Both the position numbers and the translations under genes were made by a program. DNA of 34,688 nucleotides, taken from IMG/VR virus record IMGVR_UViG_3300049137_000147, positions 1-34,688 of that record. One strand, written 5' to 3'. Positions 1 through 9,700 of the stretch are shown here, in pieces. Within the stretch, counting starts at the first letter, position 1. Each line of letters starts with the position of its first letter. Source of the DNA: a virus (lineage: Duplodnaviria > Caudoviricetes). The notes under the pieces were generated by a model. It had not been told where the DNA came from and ran no database searches. It worked only from the letters and a program-made list of their open reading frames with translations.

Positions 1-99
1 CCCCCAGCCCGCTCCGCCCCCAGCAAGGACGACACCAAGGCCCGCGCCCTGGCCCGCGCCCAAGCCATGGGCTACGCACGCAAGACCGACGCCGCCTAA
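1..99 (+). CDS. 3' end of probable capsid scaffolding protein (partial)
   Basis: Frame 1 reads PPARSAPSKDDTKARALARAQAMGYARKTDAA* to TAA at 97-99; directly upstream of the head decoration and capsid genes. Confidence 0.5.
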   Translation, partial: PPARSAPSKDDTKARALARAQAMGYARKTDAA

Positions 100-121
100 C
101 CGCGGCTACGTAGACCGAGGG

Positions 122-166
122 ACCACGCCTCTCCTCCCGTGGACGACACCCCGCCCGGTGTCCGCC
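122..166 (+). promoter_or_regulatory. Twin-hairpin RNA motif, copy A
   Basis: A-CCACG(123-127)/CGTGG(138-142)-AC-GACACC(145-150)/GGTGTC(157-162)-CGCC; same architecture at 5182 and 17254. Confidence 0.65.
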
Positions 167-204
167 CCTACCGCAACGCACCCACTCCCCGGGAGGAGAT
201 CGGC

Positions 205-621
205 GTGGACATCCAGCCGACCACCACGGAGACCAGCGTCACCGCAGACCGCCGCTGGCTGCTGTCGACGTATGGCACCGAGACCAACAAGACGATCACC
301 CTCGACCTCACCCAGTTCGCGGCCGGCACCAACTACACCGCCGCCGTGAACGGGCTGCCCAACCTGATCCCCTCCGGCACGCCGCTGGGCAAGGTCACCG
401 CGTCCGGCCTCTACGCGCCGTACGACTCCGCCGCTTCCGACGGCACCGAGGACTTCGCCGGGCTCCTGGAGTTCGACACCGCTTTCAACACCGGCTCCAC
501 CAAGGTCGGTGCCGCGCTGCGCATCGTCGGCGACGTCGACGTCAGCAAGCTCCCGGTCGCCTTCACCGTCCCCGCGGCCGCGAACCGCACCGACCACATC
601 GTCTTCTCCGACCTCTCCTGA
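205..621 (+). CDS. Head decoration protein
   Basis: GGAGGAG RBS at 192-198 then GTG at 205; IPSGTPLGKVTASGLYAPYD motif typical of phage head decoration proteins; immediately before the major capsid gene. Confidence 0.8.
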   Translation: MDIQPTTTETSVTADRRWLLSTYGTETNKTITLDLTQFAAGTNYTAAVNGLPNLIPSGTPLGKVTASGLYAPYDSAASDGTEDFAGLLEFDTAFNTGSTKVGAALRIVGDVDVSKLPVAFTVPAAANRTDHIVFSDLS

Positions 622-639
622 GAAAGGGCGTGAATCCAG

Positions 640-1689
640 ATGCTTGAGGCCCTGCTCAGGGACATCACGGCGACCGACATCATCGCCTTCGCCCGCGCCG
701 TGCAGACCCCCGCGGACTACGCACTCACCCAGTCGATCATGCCGGAGCGGCAGATCAACGGCGTGAAGTACCGCACCCGCCGCACCAGCCGCCGCGTCAA
801 CGCCGCGAAGTACCGCGCCTACGACGCGCAGACCCCGATCGCGTCCCGCGAGGTCAAGCGGATCGAGACCGAGGGCATGCTGCCCCCGCTCGGCCAGAAG
901 TACCTGGTGGGCGAACTCGAGACGATCCTCCTCGCCGCCCGGCGCGGCCAGGACGCCTCCGAGCTGGTGCAGTCCCTGTACGAGGACACCGCAGCGCACA
1001 CCCTGTCCATCCGCTCCCGCCTGGAGCTCGCCGTCGGCGACCTCCTCACCGACGGCAAGTTCACCCTGTCCGGGGAGAACGGCCTGACCATCGAGTACGA
1101 CGCGGACGTCCCGTCGGCGAACATGCCGACCGCCTCGACCGCGTGGACTGACCCCACCTCGGACCCGATCGCCGACGAGATGGCGTGGCTGGAGGTGCTC
1201 CGCGCTTCCGGCGCCCCGATGCCGGAACGCGTCGTCACCTCCTACAAGGCCCGCGCGCTCCTGGCCGGCAACGACGCCTACCGCGCCGCCTACTACGGCA
1301 GCGTCAACCCGTCGAACACCCCCACGGCGACGCTCGCGCCGAACGAGGTCGACACCGTCCGCGCCCGCTACAACCTGCCCCCGATCGAGATCTACGACGT
1401 GCAGATCCCGCTCGACGACGGCACCATGAAGCGGCCGATCCCCGAAGACCGCTGGATCATGGTGCCGCCCAACCGGCAGCAGTGGGGCGAGACCCAGTAC
1501 GGCATCACCGCCGAGTCCATCGCCCTGACGACCGGCGACAACCCGGCCATCGAGCTGGAAGAAGCCCCCGGCATCATCGTCACCCACGGCTGGCAGGACG
1601 ACCCGGTCCAGGTGTGGACCAAGGGCTCCGCCGTGGCGATGCCCGTGCTGTACGTGCCGGACATCCACATCACCGCGAAGGTGTTCTGA
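640..1689 (+). CDS. Major capsid protein (lambda gpE-like family)
   Basis: 349 aa; AKYRAYDAQTP, LPPLGQK and C-terminal DPVQVWTKGSAVAMPVL resemble actinophage capsid E proteins; follows the decoration gene. Confidence 0.85.
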   Translation: MLEALLRDITATDIIAFARAVQTPADYALTQSIMPERQINGVKYRTRRTSRRVNAAKYRAYDAQTPIASREVKRIETEGMLPPLGQKYLVGELETILLAARRGQDASELVQSLYEDTAAHTLSIRSRLELAVGDLLTDGKFTLSGENGLTIEYDADVPSANMPTASTAWTDPTSDPIADEMAWLEVLRASGAPMPERVVTSYKARALLAGNDAYRAAYYGSVNPSNTPTATLAPNEVDTVRARYNLPPIEIYDVQIPLDDGTMKRPIPEDRWIMVPPNRQQWGETQYGITAESIALTTGDNPAIELEEAPGIIVTHGWQDDPVQVWTKGSAVAMPVLYVPDIHITAKVF

Positions 1690-1691
1690 CC

Positions 1692-1970
1692 ATGGCCCGC
1701 CTCGCCACAGACACCTTCGTGAAAGACCCAAAGACGCGCCAGATGGTGCATCTTCGGGCCGGTGAGGAGCCCGCACCCGAGTACGCGGCGCTCGTGAAGA
1801 ACCCCGACGCGTGGGAGGGCGGCAAGGCCCCCGCCACCGCCGACAACACCGCCGACTCGACGTCCTCCAGCGACGACGACAACGACGGTGACAAGCCGGC
1901 CGCCAAGCGCGCGGCCAAGAGGCCGGCTCGGGGCCGGAGCGCCGCTGACGAGGGCACCAGCGGCGGCTGA
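1692..1970 (+). CDS. Small hypothetical head-associated protein
   Basis: ATG 2 nt after the capsid stop; MARLATDTFVKDP... with an acidic then basic low-complexity tail. Confidence 0.7.
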   Translation: MARLATDTFVKDPKTRQMVHLRAGEEPAPEYAALVKNPDAWEGGKAPATADNTADSTSSSDDDNDGDKPAAKRAAKRPARGRSAADEGTSGG

Positions 1971-1976
1971 GCGCGT

Positions 1977-2019
1977 GCGGGCCCGCCCCCAGGTGGGGGC
2001 GCCAACCGGGCGGGCCCGC
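1977..2019 (+). terminator. GC-rich hairpin after the capsid unit
   Basis: 12-bp perfect stem GCGGGCCCGCCC / GGGCGGGCCCGC; no U tract, as is common in actinomycetes. Confidence 0.55.
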
Positions 2020-2073
2020 CCGCGTACCTTACCCCCCCCCCCCACCCCACCCCGCCCCACAGGGAGGCCAGCA

Positions 2074-2400
2074 GTGAACACCGCCGTGCGAGCCTGGCTC
2101 CTCGCCGAACTCGGCACCACCACCAGCGTCACCGACCTCGAAACCCGCTACACCCGGTTGGGCACCGCCCGCGCCGTCGCCCTGGAAGTCCTCCGCGAAC
2201 GCCTCGCCACGCTGCGCGCGCAGCCCTCCACCGTCAGCGTCTCCGGTGTCGTCTCCGTCGGCTACGCCGAGAACATCCGGGCCTACGAACGGCAGATCGC
2301 CGCTCTCGAGAACGGTGAACCGCCCGCCCCCGACGACCCGGTCGACGGCAGTACAGGCAGTCTGGGGCTGCTGCGGCTGCAGGAAAGGCCCCGGCGATGA
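2074..2400 (+). CDS. Putative head-tail adaptor/connector
   Basis: GGGAGG RBS then GTG at 2074; about 108 aa helical protein; function inferred from position only. Confidence 0.6.
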   Translation: MNTAVRAWLLAELGTTTSVTDLETRYTRLGTARAVALEVLRERLATLRAQPSTVSVSGVVSVGYAENIRAYERQIAALENGEPPAPDDPVDGSTGSLGLLRLQERPRR

Positions 2401-3233
2401 CCACCCCCGTCCGGCGCCGCGGCCGCACCCTCCGATCCCGCCTCCTCACCTACATCTCCGACGCCACCACCCGGCTGCGCTCCGCATGGCGCATCCTCAC
2501 CACCGCACAAACCCGCTTCCTGAACCGGCTCGCCCGCATCCGCCCGGGTCACACCGCCCGTGCCCGCATCCGCGAAGCCATCACCGAGTTCAACCAGGCC
2601 CTCGCCGAGTTCAACCGCGAAGCCGGCGCCTTCGCCGACCGGTGGGTCTCCGTCGACCTGCCCCTCGTCTACCGCGAAGGCGCCCACACCCTCCTCGACC
2701 ACTCCGCCCAACCCTGGATCCGCTTCTCCTGGACCCTCACCCACCAGCAGCAGGTCACCGCCCTCTCCGCGCAGTACTACGCCGACCTCACCGCCCGCAT
2801 CAACGAAGCCCTCCGCCGCGCCCGCGCCTTCCTCCGCGCCGCCCAAGAAGCCTCCCGCGGCACCGCAGAACGCTTTAACGTCACCGCGCTGCGCCGAGAA
2901 CACCCCCTGGACACCGTCGTCTACGCCAACAACCACCGGCACCCCGTCGAAGCATGGGCCCGCGCCGCGATCACCTGGCAGACGGTCACCACCGCCAACA
3001 CCGCCGCCGCCCGCACCGCCCTCGACCAGCTTGGCACCGAATGGCTCGAGGTCCGCGACGGCGCAGAATGCGGCTGGACCAGCCACGACGACCCCGACAA
3101 GGCCAACCGCACCCTGCGCACCGTCCAGGACGCCCTCGCCCACCCCACAGCGCACCCGCACTGCATCCGGGAGCTGCTGCCCCGCCTCGACCTCATCGGC
3201 CGCACCGACATCCGCTCCGGAGCCCTCCTGTGA
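2397..3233 (+). CDS. Phage minor capsid / MuF-like head morphogenesis protein
   Basis: ATGA overlap; C-terminal VRDGAECGW...AHPHCIR matches the HPxC-R signature of MuF/SPP1 gp7-like proteins. Confidence 0.7.
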   Translation: MTTPVRRRGRTLRSRLLTYISDATTRLRSAWRILTTAQTRFLNRLARIRPGHTARARIREAITEFNQALAEFNREAGAFADRWVSVDLPLVYREGAHTLLDHSAQPWIRFSWTLTHQQQVTALSAQYYADLTARINEALRRARAFLRAAQEASRGTAERFNVTALRREHPLDTVVYANNHRHPVEAWARAAITWQTVTTANTAAARTALDQLGTEWLEVRDGAECGWTSHDDPDKANRTLRTVQDALAHPTAHPHCIRELLPRLDLIGRTDIRSGALL

Positions 3234-3469
3234 CCGAACAGCCCATAGGCCCGATCCTCGACGGGCTCGGAACCACCATCGAGCTGGACGACGGCGACCT
3301 CGTCGCGTCGGCATTCATCATCGCCAAGGTCGTCGAAGCCAACGGTGACGTCTCCCTCGCCCTCGCCTCAAGCGACGGCCTCTCCTGGATCGAGCAAAAC
3401 GGGCTCCTCGCCTCCGCCCAGCAAATCGTGAACCAGACCAACATCGGACGGAAGGGCGACGATGACTGA
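3230..3469 (+). CDS. Hypothetical protein
   Basis: GTGA overlap with the previous stop; 79 aa MTEQPIGPILDGLG...; host-like codon use. Confidence 0.7.
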   Translation: MTEQPIGPILDGLGTTIELDDGDLVASAFIIAKVVEANGDVSLALASSDGLSWIEQNGLLASAQQIVNQTNIGRKGDDD

Positions 3470-3854
3470 GCGACCTGCCGAGCCGCAAGCGCACGGCGTC
3501 CGCATCGACGCCCAGCCCGGCCACGCCACCATCACCCTCGACGGCACCCCCATGCCACCCGGCACCGTCACCGGCTACACCCTCCAGCACGACATCGCCA
3601 GCGGCATCCCGCTCGTCGTCCTCCACACCCGCCAGCCCGACGGCATCGCCTTCGAAGGCCTCGCCCGCGTCGCTGTTGGCGTCACCAAGAGCCCCGGCGA
3701 GCTGGTGGCCGCGTTCCTCTCCGAGGTCGATCCCGTCCTACTCGACCAGCAAGCGCTGAACCGGGCCGACTACGGCGGCGGTGACGGCGCCACCGCCCGG
3801 GCCATGCTCGCCACCCTCACCGAATGGGCCCGCGGCGGAAAGGCAGGCGCCTGA
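3462..3854 (+). CDS. Hypothetical protein
   Basis: Overlaps both neighbours; 130 aa. Confidence 0.7.
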   Translation: MTERPAEPQAHGVRIDAQPGHATITLDGTPMPPGTVTGYTLQHDIASGIPLVVLHTRQPDGIAFEGLARVAVGVTKSPGELVAAFLSEVDPVLLDQQALNRADYGGGDGATARAMLATLTEWARGGKAGA

Positions 3855-4297
3855 TGGCCGGGATCAATCTGTCCGGGATCGCCGCCCTGGTTGAAGGGCT
3901 GATCATGCTGGACACCGTCCGCTTCACCACACCTTCCAGCGGCAAGCCCGTCTTCAACCCCACCACCGGCGCCTACACCTACCCCGAAGGCGACCTCATC
4001 TACGAAGGCATCGGCGCCGTGCAGGTTGCCGGAACCTCCGACGGTGTCACCGCCGACCCCTCCGCGAACCTGCCCTGGCCAGGGGAAACCCGCTCCCGCT
4101 ACCGAGCACTCACGCCCCTTTCCGCGCCCATCGCCGCAAGGGACACCATCGTCACCGTCGTCGCCGTCCACGACGACGGGGACCTCACCCTCCTCGGACG
4201 GCAGTGGCGTGCCCTCGACCCGTCCGTTGGCGGCACCCTCGGCGTCGTCCGCATCACGGGCCTCGACCAGATCACCAAAACCGGTCAGGTGACCTGA
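3854..4297 (+). CDS. Head-closure protein (DUF6093-like)
   Basis: TGATG coupling; LIMLDTVRF...FNPTTG...IYEGIGAVQ pattern; position in the neck module. Confidence 0.65.
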   Translation: MAGINLSGIAALVEGLIMLDTVRFTTPSSGKPVFNPTTGAYTYPEGDLIYEGIGAVQVAGTSDGVTADPSANLPWPGETRSRYRALTPLSAPIAARDTIVTVVAVHDDGDLTLLGRQWRALDPSVGGTLGVVRITGLDQITKTGQVT

Positions 4298-4689
4298 TGG
4301 ACCTCGAGGACCTCGCCCCCCGCCTGGAGCAGGCCGCGGCCCGGGTCGGCCCGGAGACGAACCGGACCGTGCAGCAGCAGGCCCGCCTCCTGCGCGCCTT
4401 GATCATGGAGAACGCCTCCGGCCGGCCCGGCCCGAACGTCATCAGCGGCGACTACCGCGGCTCTTGGAAGCGAGAACCGTTCCCCGTCCCCAACGGAGGC
4501 GGCGCCGACGTCGGCACCAACGAGCCGCAAGGACGCCGCCTCGAGTACGGCTTCATGAACATGTACGACGCGCTGGGCCGCTTCTACCGGCAGCCACCCT
4601 TCCCGCACGTGGAGCCAGCTGTGAACGAACTGTCGGCCGACTACGAGCAGGCGTTCCACGACGCCCTGGACCGCATCTTCGGGAGCTGA
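4297..4689 (+). CDS. HK97 gp10-like neck protein
   Basis: TGATG coupling; SGDYRGSW, VGTNEPQGRRLEYG and PPFPHVEPA motifs. Confidence 0.75.
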   Translation: MDLEDLAPRLEQAAARVGPETNRTVQQQARLLRALIMENASGRPGPNVISGDYRGSWKREPFPVPNGGGADVGTNEPQGRRLEYGFMNMYDALGRFYRQPPFPHVEPAVNELSADYEQAFHDALDRIFGS

Positions 4690-4690
4690 C

Positions 4691-5158
4691 GTGATCGACA
4701 GACTGCCCGTCACCGACGGCTTCCAGGCCCTCCTCGAGACCCTCACCGGCCGGCCCGTCGGACGCCGCACCGTCCCCCTCGACGACACCGGCCAGCCCGT
4801 ACCGCCGCCGTACACGATCCTCGACCCGCTCGACCGCGGCGACGACACCAACACCCTCGCCGACAACCACACCGCCACCGTTGTCGGCTACCAAGCCACA
4901 TTCGTGTCCGGCCCGGCCCCCGGAGTCCCCGACAGCCGCGGCGGCGACGAACAAGCCCAGTGGCTCACCGACCGCGGCTGGAAAGTCGTCGAACGCCCCG
5001 CGAACGGCAGCCCCGGCTACGCCCACCCCATCAACGTCGGCCCCGGCGTGGCCTGCTGGAAACGCGAGGCCAGGGAAGCGGGGGGAACACCTGATCCGAA
5101 CGATGGCATCATCACCAATGTGATCAGGTACCGGCTGTACCTGACGAAGACCGCCTGA
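4691..5158 (+). CDS. Tail terminator (tail completion) protein
   Basis: 155 aa with PPPYTIL motif; lies between gp10-like and major tail genes. Confidence 0.65.
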   Translation: MIDRLPVTDGFQALLETLTGRPVGRRTVPLDDTGQPVPPPYTILDPLDRGDDTNTLADNHTATVVGYQATFVSGPAPGVPDSRGGDEQAQWLTDRGWKVVERPANGSPGYAHPINVGPGVACWKREAREAGGTPDPNDGIITNVIRYRLYLTKTA

Positions 5159-5181
5159 GCGCAGGCGGCTCGTACAACCGC

Positions 5182-5222
5182 ACCGCGGCGGGCCCCGCGG
5201 ACGCCACCACCTGGTGGCCGCC
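5182..5222 (+). promoter_or_regulatory. Twin-hairpin RNA motif, copy B
   Basis: A-CCGCGG(5183-88)/CCGCGG(5195-5200)-AC-GCCACC(5203-08)/GGTGGC(5213-18)-CGCC. Confidence 0.65.
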
Positions 5223-5280
5223 ACACCACACACGTGTAGCAGGGGCCCCACTCTCGGCCCCTATCCGCGAGGGGCCATTC

Positions 5281-5751
5281 ATGAGGTTCAACCGCAAGGG
5301 CGTCACAAAGATCAAGTTCCTGCCGACCATCGCCTCGTCGTCGCTGCTGCCGACACGCGCCGAGATCACCGCCGGGAACGACCTGACTCAGGGCATCCAC
5401 TCCATCGACGGATGGTCGCTGGAGAACCAGCCCATCGAGACCCCGGACATGGACAGCACCTTCGTCCCGAAGATCGACGGAGACGACACGGCAGCCGACT
5501 CCAGCCTGGGCTTCTACGAGGACAACACCCTCGACGACATCGAAACCGAGCTGGCCAAGGGCACCACCGGCTTCATGTGCATCTTCTCCAAGGGAGACGT
5601 CGCCTCCGCCAAGGGCCTCGACGTCTACCCGGTGAAGGTCGCCTCCAACTCCAAGCAGTACTCCACGGACAACGAGGCCGCCAAGATCCTTGTGCAGTTC
5701 GTCATCACCGACCGGCCGGCGTTCAACCAGACCGTCCCGTCGATGACCTGA
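5281..5751 (+). CDS. Major tail (tube) protein
   Basis: FLPTIA...PTRAEITAG.DLT...I.GW...I.TPD motif of actinophage tail tube proteins; precedes the chaperones and tape measure. Confidence 0.85.
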   Translation: MRFNRKGVTKIKFLPTIASSSLLPTRAEITAGNDLTQGIHSIDGWSLENQPIETPDMDSTFVPKIDGDDTAADSSLGFYEDNTLDDIETELAKGTTGFMCIFSKGDVASAKGLDVYPVKVASNSKQYSTDNEAAKILVQFVITDRPAFNQTVPSMT

Positions 5752-5782
5752 CCCTTCCCAGCCGCCGCATCACCCACCAGCC

Positions 5783-5833
5783 CCCGGCCGGGCCCGTGGC
5801 GTACACGGGAAGGGCGCCACGGGCCCGGCCGGG
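5783..5833 (+). terminator. Long hairpin after the major tail gene
   Basis: 19-bp perfect stem CCCGGCCGGGCCCGTGGCG / CGCCACGGGCCCGGCCGGG with a 13-nt loop. Confidence 0.65.
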
Positions 5834-5856
5834 CCTTCCCCCTCGGAGAGCCACAC

Positions 5857-6396
5857 ATGGCCAGCACCAGCAGCACCAACGCCTGGGACGCGCTACAGAA
5901 GCGCCTGGACGGCATGCCCAAGCCCACTAAGACCCTCACCCTGTGCTCCGACCCGGACATTCAGGAGCGCTACCTCATCGCCAAGCGCAAGCACGCCGCC
6001 GCCGTTGACTACCGCGACGACCTGTCTGCCGACGCCGACGAGGAAGCCAAGGCCCTCGTTGACCGGCAAGTCCGCGAGGCGGCCACCGAACTCGACGAGG
6101 CCTCCAAGGCGTATACGGCCCACTCCGTGACCCTGACCTTCAAGGCCCTCGAACGCGGGCAGCTCGAGCAGCTGCAGGCCCAGTACCCGGCCACCGAGGA
6201 AGACGAAGAGCAGGGCCGGGACTACCACTTCGACACCTTCGCCCCCGCGCTGATCTCCGCCTCCAACGTCGACGGCATGCCGCTGGAGTACGCCACCCAG
6301 GCGATGAAGACCTGGTCGTGGGCGGACTCGCAGGACCTGTGGAACGCCGCCTGGTCCGTGCAGCAGACCCGCCGGTCCGACCTGGGAAAAGGCTGA
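5857..6396 (+). CDS. Tail assembly chaperone (gpG-like)
   Basis: GGAGAG RBS; sits between major tail and tape measure; ends at a slippery site (DLGKG*). Confidence 0.8.
   Translation: MASTSSTNAWDALQKRLDGMPKPTKTLTLCSDPDIQERYLIAKRKHAAAVDYRDDLSADADEEAKALVDRQVREAATELDEASKAYTAHSVTLTFKALERGQLEQLQAQYPATEEDEEQGRDYHFDTFAPALISASNVDGMPLEYATQAMKTWSWADSQDLWNAAWSVQQTRRSDLGKG
6384..6390 (+). promoter_or_regulatory. -1 programmed ribosomal frameshift site G GGA AAA
   Basis: XXXYYYZ heptamer just before the chaperone stop; the -1 frame stays open (RLIDDARF...) to 6761. Confidence 0.85.
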
Positions 6397-6761
6397 TCGA
6401 CGATGCCCGGTTCCGTGCCGAGATGCAGCTGTGCCGGGAGTACCGCATCCCGCACAGCTACTTCCGCGGGCACGGCACCGGCGCCTGGTCCGACCTCGAC
6501 CGGCGCAAAGCCCTCGCCTACGAGCGCTACCTCAAGCAGGTGTGCCCCTCCTGCGGCACCCGCGCCGAGGAATGGGACGAGAACGCCGGCGGCGACGAGG
6601 ACGCCTACCGGGCCACCACCCACCGCTGCATTGGCTGCCAGCTGATGGCCGACAAGCAGAAGGAAGTCCCCGACGGCGACGACGGCCACGGCGTGAAGGT
6701 CGCCCTCATCCCCACGAGCGTCGCCGTCGCCCTCGAGCTGGCCAAGACCCACCGCCACTAG
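6390..6761 (+). CDS. Frameshifted C-terminal extension of tail chaperone (gpGT-like)
   Basis: Open -1 frame with CPSCG and HRCIGC; ends just before the tape measure RBS. Confidence 0.75.
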   Translation, partial: RLIDDARFRAEMQLCREYRIPHSYFRGHGTGAWSDLDRRKALAYERYLKQVCPSCGTRAEEWDENAGGDEDAYRATTHRCIGCQLMADKQKEVPDGDDGHGVKVALIPTSVAVALELAKTHRH

Positions 6762-6783
6762 GTGAAGGAAGGAGCCCGCCACC

Positions 6784-9700
6784 GTGTCCGAGTGGAACCT
6801 CAGTGTCCGGCTGACCGGCCAGGGCTCCGACCTGGCCCGCACCCTGCGCAGCACCTCACGCGACGCCCGCACCGCATCCCGCGATGTGACCGCACTGCGC
6901 CGCGACATCAGCCGGCTCCGCACCGAAGCTGCCCGGGACATCCGCGTCCGCGTCCGCGCCGACGCCCGCGGGCTGCGCAGCGACGTCCGTGCAGCGCTCA
7001 ACACCGCCGGCAGCGGCCAACGCCTCGGGGTCCGCCTCGGAGTCGACGCCCGGCGGCTGCGCAGCGACGTCCAGAGGGCACTCACCGCCGCGGGCACTGG
7101 TCAGGGCATCCGCATCCGCCTCAACGTCGACGCTGCCCGCTTCCGCTCCGATGTACGGGCCGCGCTCACGGCAGCCGGAGCCGGTCAGAACCTCACCGTC
7201 GCCCTGAACGTCAACGGCGCCGCCGACCTGGCCGCCCTGCGAGAAGAGTCCGAGCGCACCGCCCGCTTTCTGAACGACCTGCAGGACTCCGCGCGGGACG
7301 CTGGCAATCAGCTGGACGTGCTGCGCAACCAGTCTCTGGCCGCCGCCGTGGGCCTGCGCTCGATGAACCGTGCGGCCGGCTCGGGACGGACACGCCTGGA
7401 CACCCTGTCCGCCAGCACCCGCACCTTCCGCAACGATCTAGACGACCTGGACGGCTCCCTGACCAACGTCACCGGCCGCCTGTCCGGGCTCCGCGGCCGA
7501 GTCGGGGGCTTGGGCGGCGGATCCGGTGGCGGTGGCTTGAGCGGCGGGGCATCAAGGGAAGCCCTCAAAGCGATCATCCTGCTCGCCCCCGCCGCGATCC
7601 CCCTCGTGGCCGGCCTGTCCACCAGCCTGGCTCCCCTCCCAGGTCTGTTCGGTGCTGCCGGAGTCGGAGCCATCGCCTTCGGCGCCGCCCTGGGCGGCCA
7701 AGTCGCACGCCTCGGCGAGGTCGCCGACGCGCAGAAGAAGTACGACGACGCCGTACGCGAACACGGCCGCTCCTCCGCCGAAGCGATCAAGGCGCAGCTG
7801 CAGTACCAGCAGATGCTCGCCCAGCTCCCCCCGGAGGCGCAGCGCGCGGCGATCGCCCTCGCCGACCTCAAGAGCAACTTCCGTGACTGGTCGGACGACA
7901 TGGCCGGCTTCACGATGACGCCGCTCACCCATGGCATCACCGTCCTCGACCAGCTCATCCCGCGCCTCACCCCGCACGTCGAGTCGTTCTCCACCCAACT
8001 GGACCGGGTCGTCACCGTTGCTGGCGGCGCCATCGAAACTCCCGGCTTCGACGCCATGGCCGACAAGTTCGCCGACTTCTCCGACCGGCAGCTCGATGAG
8101 ATGACCGACGGTGTCATGCACTTCCTGCGGGTCCTGTCCGAAGGCGGCGCCTTCCAGGACGGGCCGATCGCCGCCTTCATGGACTACGCCCGCACGAACG
8201 GCCCCGCCGCCCGCGAAGCCCTGTCCGCCATCTCCGACGCCGTCGTCACCCTGCTGCAGGCCGGAGCCGAAGCCGGCCCAACCCTGCTCACCCTCGTCAC
8301 CGCCGCCGCCCAGCTGGTTGCCGCGCTGCCGCCGGAGCTGGTCGGCATCATCATCCAGGTTGCCGCCGGCCTGAAGCTGGTGCAGCTCGCCGGTGCGGGT
8401 GCGGCCGCCATCGCAGGAGGCGTCGCGGCCCTCGGCACCCGGCTCACCGCGCTGCGGGCCGCGTCCACCGCCGCTGGTGGTGGCATGGCCGGCCTCGCTG
8501 CGGCGTTCGGCACCCTCGGCACCGCCGCCAAGGCCACCCTGATCGCCTCCGGTATCGGCATCCTCCTCATCGCCCTGTCCGAGCTGTCCGACATGGGCAA
8601 AAAGGCGCCCCCGGATGTCGACAAGCTGACGACATCCCTGCGGGAGCTGGGCACCACGGGGCGTGTCAGCGGCGAGGCGGCCCGCTCCTTCGGCAAGGAC
8701 CTGTCCGGCCTGGCGGACAGCCTGCAGAAGGTCACCGACCCCAAGGGCCTGGACCAGGTCCAGCAGTCCATCGTGTCGTTCTTCGGTACCGACTCCACGC
8801 CGGTGAAGGAGGCGAAGGAGAACATCGACGCGGTTGACAAGGCCCTCGCCAACCTGGTGAAGAACGGGCAGGCCGACCTCGCCGCTGCCGCGCTGGACAA
8901 GCTGTCCGCCAAGCTCAAGGGGCAGGGCTTCTCCGCGGAGCAGATCCGCGACCAGATGGACGACTACAAGTCCGCCGTGGCCGACATGAAGTTCGAGCAG
9001 GAACTGGCCGCTCAGTCCATGGGCCTGTTCGGTGAGGCGGCGCAGCAGACCTCGGCGCAGCTGGAGGCGCAGAAAGCCAGCGCCGACGGGTTGCGGCAGT
9101 CGATCGTCGCCCTGAACGACGTCAACCGCGCAGCCGGTTCGGCCATGTCCGCGTTCGAACAGTCCATAGACGACACCACCGAGGCGCTGAAGGACCACGC
9201 CGGAGCGCTGAAGTTCCGCGACGGAGAGCTGGACCTCGGTTCGGAGAAGGCCCGCGAGGCCGAGAAGGTCCTGTCCGAGCTGGCCGCCAACACCGACGCC
9301 GCAGCCACCGCGGCTCGGGAGCAGGGCAAGTCGTGGGAGTACGTCAGCAGCATCCAGGAACGCGGCCGGGAAGCCTTCGTCAAGGCCGCCGACGCTATGG
9401 GTCTCACGAAATCCCAGGCCGAAGCGCTGGCCGCCACCTATCTGAAGATCCCGGACAAGAAGTCCACGGTCCTGGAGATGCGCACCGAGGACGCCATCGC
9501 CGGCCTGGATGCGGTCATCTCTGCGATCAACAAGACGCCGAACGACAAGTCCGTCACCGTCAAGGCTCTCACCACGGACGCCATCGACCTGCTGGAATCC
9601 CTCGGCTACACGGTGACCAATTTGAAGGACGGCCGGTTCAAGGTCACCGCCGACACCGCGACCGTGGCGGACAGTCTGGCTGAGGTGGAGCGCGCCCGCG

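Noticed and set aside
139-204. Upstream GTG start for the head decoration gene
   Set aside because: It lies inside the twin-hairpin motif; the strong RBS supports GTG at 205.
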